Position numbers and translations under genes: made by a program. Of a stretch of 37,581 nucleotides of DNA, positions 1 to 8,712 are shown in pieces. Each line of letters starts with the position of its first letter. Position 1 is the stretch's first letter. Under the pieces are notes generated by a model, which was given only the letters and a program-made list of their open reading frames with translations, was not told where the DNA came from and made no database searches. The DNA is from a virus: positions 1 to 37,581 of the IMG/VR virus record IMGVR_UViG_3300021560_000037; one strand, written 5' to 3'.

Positions 1-123
1 GCCGATCTGTGCGCTGCGGGCGTCGGCGCGCCGCACATCCGACAGCGGCTATACTGGGTGGCCGACGCCGACGCAGCGCGATCACAAGGACGGCGCGTCG
101 ACGCTGGAGAATACGCCGGTCAA
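1..123. repeat. Terminal direct repeat copy 1 (identical to 37459-37581): circular-assembly overlap
   Basis: Read directly: both copies run gccgatctgtgcgctgcggg ... gagaatacgccggtcaa; repeat lies inside the dcm reading frame and preserves phase (1 and 37459 are both 1 mod 3). Confidence 0.95.
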
Positions 124-429
124 CGCCCTGCTTGGGCGGATGGTGAGTTTGGCCGGATGGGGAACGCCGCGCTCAATGGGATTGGGCCAGGGCAGCGCTC
201 GACCAAAGGAAGCGGATTTCAAGAAGGGACGGCTCGAATGCCAGGCCCTTGGAGTAATGCCGTTTGGCTCCCCTGCCTCGACGGAAAAGCGCGGCGCGTT
301 GAACCCGGCATTTTCCCGTTGGCTCATGGGGTTCCCGCCCGAGTGGGACGCCTGCGCGCCTACGGCAACGCCGTCGTCCCGCAAGTCGCGGCCGCGTTCA
401 TCGCTGCCTGCGTTGAGGTGATGGCATGA
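1..429 (+). CDS. dcm: DNA (cytosine-5)-methyltransferase, 3' part (same gene as 37057..37581 joined across the circular junction)
   Basis: Frame +1 continues ...GAPHIRQRLYWVA (motif VIII) and ends ...DGKARRVEPGIFPLAHGVPARVGRLRAYGNAVVPQVAAAFI (motif X, GNxVP); stop 427-429 overlaps terL ATG (ATGA). Confidence 0.85.
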   Translation, partial: ADLCAAGVGAPHIRQRLYWVADADAARSQGRRVDAGEYAGQRPAWADGEFGRMGNAALNGIGPGQRSTKGSGFQEGTARMPGPWSNAVWLPCLDGKARRVEPGIFPLAHGVPARVGRLRAYGNAVVPQVAAAFIAACVEVMA

Positions 430-1709
430 CCGAGCGGCAGGCGCAGTTCCCCGGTGTTCTTGCGCCGCTGTTCCAGGCGAGCCGCTACAAGGTGCTGTAC
501 GGCGGCCGCGGCGGCGGCAAGTCGCACGGCATCGCCACCTATCTGCTCGCCGAGGCGGCCAGCCGGCCACTGCGCGTGCTGTGCTGCCGTGAGTTTCAGT
601 CGAGTATCCGGGAATCGGTGCACAAGCTGCTGTCGGACCTGATCCTGAAGCATAACCTTGGGGGTTTCGACGTTCAGGAAAAGGGGATCAAAGGGCCCAA
701 TGGCAGCGAATTCTTCTTCGAGGGGCTCAGGCACAACACCGGCAAGATCCGCTCGCTCGAGGGGATCGACCGGGTGTGGGTCGAGGAAGCCGCAAACGTC
801 ACCCGCGCCAGCTGGGAGATCCTCATCCCGACCATCCGCAAGGACGGCAGCGAGATCATCGTCTCGTTCAACCCCGAGCTCGACACCGACGAAACCTACC
901 AGCGCTTTGTCGCTAGCCCTCCCAGTAACGCCGTCGTGATCAAGATCAATTACACCGACAATCCCTGGTTTCCCGAGGTGCTGCGCATCGAAATGGAGCA
1001 GCTGCGGGCCCGCGATTGGGACGCCTACCAGCACGTCTATCTCGGGGAATGCCGGCTGACGCTCGACGGCGCGATCTATGCCCGCGAGTTGCGCGAGGCA
1101 ACCGACGAGGGCCGCATTACCGCGGTGCCGTACGATCCGACCAAGCCGGTGTCGCTCTATGTCGATCTCGGCTGGGCCGACATGACGGCGATCTGGTTTG
1201 CCCAGCACATCGCCGGCGAGGTGCGGCTCATCGATTACCTCGAGGACAGCCAGCGGCCGTTCAATGACTACCTCAAGGAACTGCAGGCAAAGCCCTATGT
1301 CTACAGCACCCTCTGGCTCCCCCACGACGCCCAGGCAAAGGCGCTTGGCACTGGACGCAGCATCGAGGAGATCGCTCGAAGCGCAGGCTGGCGCGTTCGG
1401 ATTGTGCCCCGTCTGTCAGTCGCCGATGGTGTTAATGCAGTTCGGACGCTCTTCGCTCAAATGTGGTTCGATCGAACTGCATGCTCAGACGGTTTGCAGG
1501 CGCTGCGGCACTACCGTTACGATCTCGACCCGACCGGACAATTCAGCCGCAACCCGCTCCACGATTCCGCCTCTCACGGAGCCGACGCGCTGCGCTACTG
1601 CGCCGTCGCCATGCAGGAGCAGCGCCGCGCCGCCTACCCGACCACGCCGCCGCGCCGGCGTATCCTCGAGCCCGGCCAGCGCGCCAATGTCGGATGGATG
1701 AGGGCATGA
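426..1709 (+). CDS. terL: Terminase large subunit
   Basis: 427 aa; Walker A GGRGGGKS near N-terminus, VLCCREFQSSIRESV and WVEEA patterns typical of PBSX-type large terminases; first gene of the head block. Confidence 0.9.
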   Translation: MTERQAQFPGVLAPLFQASRYKVLYGGRGGGKSHGIATYLLAEAASRPLRVLCCREFQSSIRESVHKLLSDLILKHNLGGFDVQEKGIKGPNGSEFFFEGLRHNTGKIRSLEGIDRVWVEEAANVTRASWEILIPTIRKDGSEIIVSFNPELDTDETYQRFVASPPSNAVVIKINYTDNPWFPEVLRIEMEQLRARDWDAYQHVYLGECRLTLDGAIYARELREATDEGRITAVPYDPTKPVSLYVDLGWADMTAIWFAQHIAGEVRLIDYLEDSQRPFNDYLKELQAKPYVYSTLWLPHDAQAKALGTGRSIEEIARSAGWRVRIVPRLSVADGVNAVRTLFAQMWFDRTACSDGLQALRHYRYDLDPTGQFSRNPLHDSASHGADALRYCAVAMQEQRRAAYPTTPPRRRILEPGQRANVGWMRA

Positions 1710-1894
1710 CGACCGCGACCGACAAGCCCCCCCGAGAAGCCAAAGTCGGTAGCCGAGGCGCTCGCGCTCAAAGCAGCCGCCAGGCGAGCGCGGCCGCCCC
1801 AAGAGCCCTGGCATTTCTGTCCGATCCGCATTTGCACCGAGCCCTGCAGGTTGTGCTGGCGGAAAGCATGACCAGCGGCCGACGTATCGCATAA
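1706..1894 (+). CDS. Hypothetical protein (62 aa)
   Basis: ATG 1706 overlaps terL stop (ATGA); in-frame distal part of track ORF 1463..1894. Confidence 0.5.
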   Translation: MTTATDKPPREAKVGSRGARAQSSRQASAAAPRALAFLSDPHLHRALQVVLAESMTSGRRIA

Positions 1895-1905
1895 AGGGGT
1901 GAGCC

Positions 1906-2124
1906 ATGTGGGAAGAGGTTTATTCCGAGCCGACCGATGTCATGGAGCGGCTGCGCGTCGAAGACGGCTGGCTCTACCGCAACCGTGTGGTCGTCGACGG
2001 CTCGGCGCAGAGCGCCGGCGGCTATTTGTGGACCGCGACGCTGGCTTATGTGCCGGACGCCGCCAAACCCGGTGACACCTTGCCGATCGGTGACGATAAG
2101 CCGATCGATCTGCCGAAATCATGA
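1906..2124 (+). CDS. Hypothetical protein (72 aa)
   Basis: Track ORF; GGGG-type SD just upstream of ATG; same orientation and tight spacing in late operon. Confidence 0.55.
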   Translation: MWEEVYSEPTDVMERLRVEDGWLYRNRVVVDGSAQSAGGYLWTATLAYVPDAAKPGDTLPIGDDKPIDLPKS

Positions 2125-2405
2125 ACGACCTGCGGCTCTACGCCCTCGATGAGTTCCGCCAGGCCGGTACGAGCGAGGCTGCGCTCGGGGCGATGCACAG
2201 CGGGTTGGTATGCCTGCTGTGTGATGCCCGGAGCAACCTCGAGCCCGGCTATCTCGTGGAGCTGCGCAGCGATACCCCGTGGGACATTTACAGCATTGCG
2301 ATGGTCTGCGGGGCCTGCAGCGCCGCAAAAACCCGGGCTGAGGTTGAGTGGGATGTGGTAGGAAAGACCGTGCTGCAGTGGTTTGAGGTTGCCGGCCATG
2401 CGTAG
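2121..2405 (+). CDS. Hypothetical protein with two CxxC pairs (possible zinc ribbon)
   Basis: ATGA start/stop overlap with previous ORF; CLLC ... CGAC cysteine pairs. Confidence 0.55.
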   Translation: MNDLRLYALDEFRQAGTSEAALGAMHSGLVCLLCDARSNLEPGYLVELRSDTPWDIYSIAMVCGACSAAKTRAEVEWDVVGKTVLQWFEVAGHA

Positions 2406-2414
2406 GGGGATCCG

Positions 2415-2789
2415 ATGACCGTTACGTATTCCAATGCCCTCAAGGACACCCGGATGAACGCGGTGATCACCGCGGTCGATGCCGGCGGTGCAGCGGGGTC
2501 GATGGAGATCTGCACCGCCGGCTATGCCGCTGTGCTGGGCGCGATCACGCTTCTTCGCCCGAGCTTTACCGAGGCCAGCCAGATGATCACGGTGGCAGGC
2601 GTGCCGCTCACCGGAACCGCTGGTGCCAGTGGCACGGCGGCGCTCGCCCGCGTCAAGGACAGCAGCGGCAATGTCGTGGTGTCGGGGCTCACGGTGGGCA
2701 CCACCGGCACCGACATCATCATCACCAACACGACCGTGTCCTCCGGCCAGCAGCTGACGCTCGCCTCCGGCACGATCACGCACGGCTGA
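2415..2789 (+). CDS. Hypothetical protein (124 aa, G/T/A-rich)
   Basis: Track ORF with GGGGGA SD 5 nt upstream of ATG. Confidence 0.6.
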   Translation: MTVTYSNALKDTRMNAVITAVDAGGAAGSMEICTAGYAAVLGAITLLRPSFTEASQMITVAGVPLTGTAGASGTAALARVKDSSGNVVVSGLTVGTTGTDIIITNTTVSSGQQLTLASGTITHG

Positions 2790-2793
2790 TGCG

Positions 2794-4131
2794 GTGGCGT
2801 GGTTTGGCAACACCAACAACGCCGGCACCGCTACCAACGCGCCGCCGGCCAACGACAAGGCCGTATCAAAATTTACGCCCGATTTTAGCGGCACGCTCAA
2901 TTCGATTACATTTTATGCCTCGAGCATCCGCTCGGCCGGCTCGCGGGCGCTGATCTACGACGCCAGCGGTTCCGGAGGCTTGCCCGGCAACCTCGTCGGC
3001 GTCAGCGTCGAAGTGCCGACGACAGCGCTGGCCTCCTGGAGCAAATACACGTTCACCCCAGCTCTCTCGCTCACGGCGGGCGTCCCCTACTGGATCGGCA
3101 TTTGGTCCGGCACACTGGTCAACACGCCCTGCCCCACCCTGACCAACGGCATCGCTTACAACGCCAACACCTATTCGAGCACCGGCAACCCCTCAAACCC
3201 GTTTGGTGCCAGCCCGACCATCGCCAACTTCGTCTATCCTGTTGCCGGCGTCTATGATCCGGCATTTATCACCGGTTCGCCTAATAGCTGGCGCGGCTAT
3301 CCCTCGGCCGCCGACCCGACTAACACCCTCTCAAACGCACCCCCCGCCAATTGGATGGTGGTGTCGCCGGTCAATGCCAACACAAGCGGCACGGTTAACA
3401 GCATCAGCTGGTACAGCGCCGCCGCTGCGACCGGTCATGTCAAGGCGATCATCTACGACTCGTCCGGCACCGGCGGTGCGCCTGGTGCGCGGCTGGGTGT
3501 GTCGAACGAGATCACCAACCCGGTGATGGGGCTAAACACCGCGACCTTTTCCTCGGGCATCCCTGTATCCGGCAATATTTATATCGGGCTGCATGCCGAT
3601 GTCGCGCTGCCGAGTTATGCCGGCTCGTTGGGCGGGCCCGGCAACGGCTACTCGATCGCAGCGACTTACGCGAGCGGGCCGCCAAGCACCTTTGGCAGCG
3701 GCTCGTCCGGTTCCACGACGATCAATATCTGGGCCAATGGCACGTTTACCACGGGCCAATCGCTGGCGCTGGCGGCAACCGACCCGACCGATCATGCCGC
3801 GTTCAATGTTCAGGTGTTTACGCGGCTGCAGCTCACGCTGGCGGCAACCGACCCGGTTGATCACGCCGCGTTTAACGTGTCGGTCCGGAACAACTGGATC
3901 CTCAATCTCGCGGCGACCGAGGCGGTCGACCATGCGGCCTTTGCGGTCACCGTCGTCCCGCTTCCGGTGGATACGCTGAACCTGGCCGCAACCGAGGCGC
4001 CGGACGCGATGACCAGTTCAATTGTTGCGGTTACGCCCGAGAACAGCTTGCAGTATCATGTCAAGGGTTCTTTTCTGCGGCCGCCGGTCGATCGTGACCC
4101 GGCACCGCGCCACGGACCGCGTAGGCGATAA
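2794..4131 (+). CDS. Repeat-containing protein, probably virion-associated (two tandem ~190-aa domains plus four C-terminal ~20-aa repeats)
   Basis: GTG start; NAPPANDKAVS..GTLNSITFY..ALIYDASGSGGLPG repeated as NAPPANWMVVS..GTVNSISWY..AIIYDSSGTGGAPG; C-terminal L.LAAT[DE]..DHAAF.V.V x4. Confidence 0.6.
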   Translation: MAWFGNTNNAGTATNAPPANDKAVSKFTPDFSGTLNSITFYASSIRSAGSRALIYDASGSGGLPGNLVGVSVEVPTTALASWSKYTFTPALSLTAGVPYWIGIWSGTLVNTPCPTLTNGIAYNANTYSSTGNPSNPFGASPTIANFVYPVAGVYDPAFITGSPNSWRGYPSAADPTNTLSNAPPANWMVVSPVNANTSGTVNSISWYSAAAATGHVKAIIYDSSGTGGAPGARLGVSNEITNPVMGLNTATFSSGIPVSGNIYIGLHADVALPSYAGSLGGPGNGYSIAATYASGPPSTFGSGSSGSTTINIWANGTFTTGQSLALAATDPTDHAAFNVQVFTRLQLTLAATDPVDHAAFNVSVRNNWILNLAATEAVDHAAFAVTVVPLPVDTLNLAATEAPDAMTSSIVAVTPENSLQYHVKGSFLRPPVDRDPAPRHGPRRR

Positions 4132-6456
4132 ATGCGCAGCACGCCAGGAGCAACTCGCGGATACCGCGATCCCTCGCGCAACGAAACCGCCGCCGAGATC
4201 CGCGGCGACGGTGACGAAACCGACGAGGATATCCTCTACGAGGCGCGCGAGCGGTTCCGCCGCGTCGTCGACTGGGAGACGGACTACCGGGCCCGCGCGA
4301 TCGATGACACGCGCTTTGTCCACGGCGATTCCGACAATCACTGGCAGTGGAGCGATAATCTTTATTCCGAGCGCGCCGAGCGGCCGAGCCTGACCATCAA
4401 CAAGACCCGGCAGCACTGCCTGCAGATCATCAACGACGCCAAACAGAACAAACCACAGGTGCGCATTAGCCCGGTGAGCGACGAAGCAACCAAAGCCTCG
4501 GCCGATATCTTCGAGGGCATCTGTCGTCACATCGAGTACGTCAGCAACGCCAGCGTTGCTTACGACACCGCGACCGAGCACCAGGTGCATGCCGGGATCG
4601 GCTGGTGGCGAGTCGTCCGCGAGTACGAGCGCGAGGACGGGTTCGAGATGGGATTGCGCATCCAGCGCATCCGCGATCCCATGTCAGTCTACATGGACCC
4701 CGACATCCAGGAGGTCGACGGCAGCGACGCGCGGTTCTGCTTTGTCGTCGACGACATCGCTCGCGATGAATTCGAATCGAAATACCCCGAATATCGCGAC
4801 CGCATCCCACAGGGCACCTTTGCTGGCGACGTGATCGAGGGCGGCTGGCTCGATGAATATCATGTCCGGGTCGCGGAGTATTTTCGCCGGGTCGATTACG
4901 ACGATACCCTCCACATGCTCCCTGACGGCTCTACAGTGCATGAAAGCGAATTGGGTGGGGACGATACCCTCGACAATCTTCGTGTGCTCAGCGTGCGCCA
5001 GAGGGACGTACAGCGGCAACGTATCGAGTGGATCAAGATCGTCGGCGGGGTGATCGTCGACGAGCACATCGAGCCGGGGAAATACATCCCGCTGATACGC
5101 GCGATCGGCGAGGAGGCGGTCATCGAGGGGCGCCTCGAGCGCAAGGGTCATGTCCGCGCGATGAAAGACCCGCAGCGGATGTACAATTACTGGAGCTCGA
5201 GTGCGGTCGAATCGGTGGCGCTGCAGAGCAAAACGCCGTGGGTCGCGCCGGCCGAGGCGATCGAGGCGTATCAGCGGTTCTGGGATACCGCGAACACCGA
5301 AAACCACAGCGTGTTGCCCTGGAACGCGCGCGACGACCAGGGGCAGCCACTGCCGCCGCCGACCCGCGCCGAGCCGCCGCAGATGCCGCAAGCCTATATC
5401 GCCGGGATGCAGGCCGCGGGGCAGGAACTGATGATGGCATCGGGCCAGTACCAGCCGACGTTGGGACAGCCGAGCCCGACACAGGAGACGAGCGGTAAAG
5501 CGATCGCGCTACGGCAGAGACAAGGTGACAATGCGACATATCACTACATCGACAACCTTGCTATTGCTATCCGATTTACTGGGCGTATTCTTCTGGATCT
5601 CATTCCTATTGTATATGATACACCTCGTGTCCTGAAGATTATGGCGGTTGACGGGACGGTCGACCAGGTCCAGTTGAACCCGCAGCAGCCGCAGGCACTG
5701 CAGACCCAGCCCAACCCGCAGCAGCAGCAGCAACCGCCCGGCGGCGTGGCGCCGACGCCGACGCAGCAGATGGCGCAGAGCGTGGTGCGGATCTTTAACC
5801 CGTCGGTCGGGCGGTATGAGGTGCAGGCCGATGTTGGGCCGGCTTATGCGACCAAGCGGCAGCAGGCGTTTGACGCGTTCTTGCAGATCACCACGACGGC
5901 GCCGCAGCTGCTCAATGTCGCCGGTGATTTGTTGTTCAAATCGGCCGATTTCCCCAATGCCGAGGATCTCGCCGAGCGGCTGCAGCGGCTCGTGCCGCCG
6001 AATGTCCTGGGGCAAGGCCCATCGCAACAGGAACAGCAGCTGCAGCAGCAACTGCAGGCATCGCAGGCGCATGTCGCGCTGCTTGCCGAGAAGCTCGCGG
6101 TCAGCGAGATGAAGCACAAGGTCGGGGCCGACAAGAGCGAGATCGAAGCCTACCGCGCGACGACCGAGCGCATGGGCAAGCTGCTCAGCATGAACAGCAC
6201 CGACGGTCCCTATGTCGACGGCACCGAGGTGCGCGCGCTCATCCAGACGATGGTGCGCGACGCGCTGCAACAGGCAGGGATGGCGCAGGTATCACAGGTG
6301 GCGTTGCGTGACACGCTGGAAACGGATCAGACCCTCAACGCGCTGGCGCCGCAGCAGAACCCGCAGACGGTGCCGTTTGGCCAGGTGCCGGGGCTCGCCA
6401 ATGGGCAGCTGGCGGCGCTGTCGTCCGTCAATCCGCCGAGGATGCCGGGAGGATAA
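4132..6456 (+). CDS. Portal protein (P22 gp1-like)
   Basis: 774 aa, largest head gene after terL; N-terminal RERFRRVVDWETDYRARAIDDTRFVHGD..QW...RPSLTINK pattern of P22-type portals; Q-rich helical C-terminal tail. Confidence 0.85.
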   Translation: MRSTPGATRGYRDPSRNETAAEIRGDGDETDEDILYEARERFRRVVDWETDYRARAIDDTRFVHGDSDNHWQWSDNLYSERAERPSLTINKTRQHCLQIINDAKQNKPQVRISPVSDEATKASADIFEGICRHIEYVSNASVAYDTATEHQVHAGIGWWRVVREYEREDGFEMGLRIQRIRDPMSVYMDPDIQEVDGSDARFCFVVDDIARDEFESKYPEYRDRIPQGTFAGDVIEGGWLDEYHVRVAEYFRRVDYDDTLHMLPDGSTVHESELGGDDTLDNLRVLSVRQRDVQRQRIEWIKIVGGVIVDEHIEPGKYIPLIRAIGEEAVIEGRLERKGHVRAMKDPQRMYNYWSSSAVESVALQSKTPWVAPAEAIEAYQRFWDTANTENHSVLPWNARDDQGQPLPPPTRAEPPQMPQAYIAGMQAAGQELMMASGQYQPTLGQPSPTQETSGKAIALRQRQGDNATYHYIDNLAIAIRFTGRILLDLIPIVYDTPRVLKIMAVDGTVDQVQLNPQQPQALQTQPNPQQQQQPPGGVAPTPTQQMAQSVVRIFNPSVGRYEVQADVGPAYATKRQQAFDAFLQITTTAPQLLNVAGDLLFKSADFPNAEDLAERLQRLVPPNVLGQGPSQQEQQLQQQLQASQAHVALLAEKLAVSEMKHKVGADKSEIEAYRATTERMGKLLSMNSTDGPYVDGTEVRALIQTMVRDALQQAGMAQVSQVALRDTLETDQTLNALAPQQNPQTVPFGQVPGLANGQLAALSSVNPPRMPGG

Positions 6457-6458
6457 CG

Positions 6459-6857
6459 ATGGCTCTTGCCGACCTTCTGCAGAATATGAACCCGGCGCAG
6501 CAGATGATGTTCCTGCAGATGCTCCGCGGGCAGATGGGTGGCGGGACGCCACAAGGCGGTATGGGAATGCCGGGTGCCGCGCCGCCGATTGCGCCGCAGA
6601 CTGCGCTCCTGGCGCAGCGGCTGGCGCAGCCGCCGTCGACAATGGAACAGGTGCTGCAGCAGCTCGCGGCCGTCCAGCAAGGCCAGCAACAGCTTCAGCA
6701 GGGGCAGCAGCAGACGCTGGGCGCGATCAGTCAGCCGAACCCGCTCCTGGCGCAGCTCTCGCCGCAGGTCGCCGCGATGTTTAAAATGCTGAGCGGTGGT
6801 AGTGCGATGCCGCCCGGCACGCTGCAGCCGCAATCCTCGGGCGTGGGAACGGCGTGA
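6459..6857 (+). CDS. Q/M/P-rich low-complexity protein (132 aa)
   Basis: GGAGGA SD before ATG; composition-biased (QQGQQQLQQGQQQ, MGMPGAAPP). Confidence 0.6.
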   Translation: MALADLLQNMNPAQQMMFLQMLRGQMGGGTPQGGMGMPGAAPPIAPQTALLAQRLAQPPSTMEQVLQQLAAVQQGQQQLQQGQQQTLGAISQPNPLLAQLSPQVAAMFKMLSGGSAMPPGTLQPQSSGVGTA

Positions 6858-7237
6858 TGCCGCTCTTACCCTTGCAATTGCCGATGCGCGGTCTTCAGGG
6901 ACCGGCCCCCGTGCAGGGATTGCCGGCGGTCGGCGGGGCGATGCAGCCGCCAAGCGTTACCGCGCAATATCCGACGATCGGCGGTGTCTCGAACATCATG
7001 CCGGGAACGGCCGGCACGAGCCCACAGGACTGGTGGCGCAGCTGGCTATCGCAACAGGCCGCGGCAATGCAGAACGCGACCCAGCAAGCGCATCAACTCG
7101 GGCCGTTTGCTAACCAGCTGACCAACCCCAACGCGATGGCGCAGGCGCATCAGCTGATGATGATGCAGTACCTGATGGGCGGCGGCGGTATGGGAGGGGG
7201 CAGCCTTGCCTCAGCACCGACCGACAGCGGCGTCTGA
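6857..7237 (+). CDS. Q/M/G-rich low-complexity protein (126 aa)
   Basis: ATG 6857 overlaps previous TGA (TGATG; GTG 6854 is an alternative start); MMMQYLMGGGGMGGG tail. Confidence 0.55.
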   Translation: MPLLPLQLPMRGLQGPAPVQGLPAVGGAMQPPSVTAQYPTIGGVSNIMPGTAGTSPQDWWRSWLSQQAAAMQNATQQAHQLGPFANQLTNPNAMAQAHQLMMMQYLMGGGGMGGGSLASAPTDSGV

Positions 7238-7421
7238 CATCGCGCTCAGCCTCACCTCGTATGAGGCGGCGACGCTTGAGCTATTGGCGGCGCTCGGACT
7301 CTCCGTTTACGAGGGGAATGAGATCAGCGAGATGACCCGCGACCTGCTCGACCGCATCCCGCCGGCGGTGCTGCGTAGCGTGGCGCACAAGATCGGCATG
7401 TGGTCGGCGGAGGAGCACTGA
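7206..7421 (+). CDS. Hypothetical protein (71 aa)
   Basis: TTG start preceded by GGGAGGGGG; 32-nt overlap with the previous ORF makes the start uncertain. Confidence 0.45.
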   Translation: MPQHRPTAASDIALSLTSYEAATLELLAALGLSVYEGNEISEMTRDLLDRIPPAVLRSVAHKIGMWSAEEH

Positions 7422-7882
7422 TGGCGTCGAATATGCCCAATAACGCGCTGATACCGCAGACGCCGGACAATCGGCTTATGCGGCCGACCATGGCCGATGC
7501 GCTGCGCGCCGGGCCGCCGCCTGAGCCACCATCGCTTGAATCGCAGATCCCGCCGGTTGCCCCGGGTTCCGAGATCTCCTCGCGCGTTCCCGTGCCACCC
7601 GACCACTTCCCCGAGGACGAGCACGACGGATTGCACGAGATGATGGGTGAGGCATTTGACAACCCCGTCGCGCAGCATTTTGTCCGGGTCGGCTACCAGG
7701 CGGCCAAAGGGCGGCATCCCAATGTTCATGCCAAGCATTTGCTGCACGCGGCCCGCGACGCTTATCATGCTGTGCAATACGGGTTTTCGCCGGTCGAGCA
7801 TGCGCTTGATTACATCGGGCAACACGCCCGCGCGCGGCATCTTGAGGAACAGGCACGCAAGGCCAATGGAGGAAACCCATGA
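7421..7882 (+). CDS. Hypothetical protein (153 aa)
   Basis: ATG 7421 with GGAGGAG 6 nt upstream and 1-nt overlap with previous stop; track ORF starts at an upstream GTG (7400). Confidence 0.6.
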   Translation: MASNMPNNALIPQTPDNRLMRPTMADALRAGPPPEPPSLESQIPPVAPGSEISSRVPVPPDHFPEDEHDGLHEMMGEAFDNPVAQHFVRVGYQAAKGRHPNVHAKHLLHAARDAYHAVQYGFSPVEHALDYIGQHARARHLEEQARKANGGNP

Positions 7883-8712
7883 GCGGACGCATCCGCGCCG
7901 AATCCGAGGGTGGCGGCCCCGGTGGCGGCCCGCCGCCGATCGAAGAGCCGGTATCCCCGCCGCCGCAGAATGATAATCCGCCGGCCGCCCCGCCACCTAG
8001 CGATCCGCCCGAGCCGGAACCGGAAGAAGCCGCCCGCGAGCGCGAACAGCGTGAACACAAGGAGCGCTTTGATCGGCTGACCCGCGAGAAATACGAGGCG
8101 CAGCGGCAGCGAGATGAATACGCCCAGGCGCTGCAGCAGATGCGCCAGATGCAGGCCAACACCAATCGGCCGCCAAACGGCAACGACAACCCGAGCCAGT
8201 GGCAGCAGCCGCAGGATCCGCGCGAGATGGGCCGGCAGCAGGGGCTGCAGGAAGCCCGTGAGGCCGAGGTCGCCCGGCGCTTTAACGACGACTGCAACAC
8301 GCTCTTTCGCCGCGGCCAGGACGAATTCGGCGATATGAGCGATGCGGTGGCGGCCCTCAACGCCGTCGGTTACGGCACTCGGCCGGACGCGCTGATGGCG
8401 CTGACCCAGCTGCCCGACGGGCACCGGGTCTATCGCGAGCTCGCCGGCAACCTCGACAACGCCGCACGCATCCTGCAGATGCCGCCGATGCAGATGGCGG
8501 TCGAACTGGCACGGATGAGCCGTGGCGCTGATGCGGCGGATGCGCCGCCGCCCGCGGCCGCCGTGCCGGTAAGCCGTGCGCCGGCTCCACTCCGCCGCGT
8601 CGGTGGCAATAGCGGGCAGGCCGAGCGGCCGCTGAGCGACCCTAATGTGCCAATGGCCGAATGGATCCGCCGCCGCGATCGCGAAGAGCGCCGCTCCCGC
8701 ATCATGCGCTAG
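7879..8712 (+). CDS. Scaffolding protein (putative)
   Basis: 277 aa between portal block and coat gene; Pro/Glu-rich N-terminus then charged coiled coil (EEAAREREQREHKERFDRLTREKYEAQRQRDEY); ATGA overlap with previous ORF. Confidence 0.6.
   Translation: MSGRIRAESEGGGPGGGPPPIEEPVSPPPQNDNPPAAPPPSDPPEPEPEEAAREREQREHKERFDRLTREKYEAQRQRDEYAQALQQMRQMQANTNRPPNGNDNPSQWQQPQDPREMGRQQGLQEAREAEVARRFNDDCNTLFRRGQDEFGDMSDAVAALNAVGYGTRPDALMALTQLPDGHRVYRELAGNLDNAARILQMPPMQMAVELARMSRGADAADAPPPAAAVPVSRAPAPLRRVGGNSGQAERPLSDPNVPMAEWIRRRDREERRSRIMR

Noticed and set aside
1-123. Biological direct terminal repeats, or LTR/IS ends
   Set aside because: The repeat is internal to the dcm coding frame and in phase. The packaging module is headful type, and an exact-length overlap is typical of a circular assembly.
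300-429. A single dcm product made by joining frame +2 motif IX-like RWLMGFPPEW to frame +1 motif X YGNAVVPQV through an indel
   Set aside because: The spacing between the two motifs would be only about 6 residues. The upstream frame +2 would also lose motif VIII (GAPHIRQR), while frame +1 alone already gives a complete canonical enzyme.
360-1325. 321-aa minus-strand ORF antisense to terL. Similar antisense or alternate-frame ORFs include 2046..2900, 4684..5391, 5509..6270, 7476..8360, 7810..8772, 11890..12519, 12516..13682, 14342..14998, 15002..15781, 18333..18950 and 35416..36264.
   Set aside because: They lie opposite or out of frame to genes with clear family motifs and high GC3. They are Arg/Ala/Gly/Pro-rich as expected for open alternate frames in high-GC DNA, and none has a start context.
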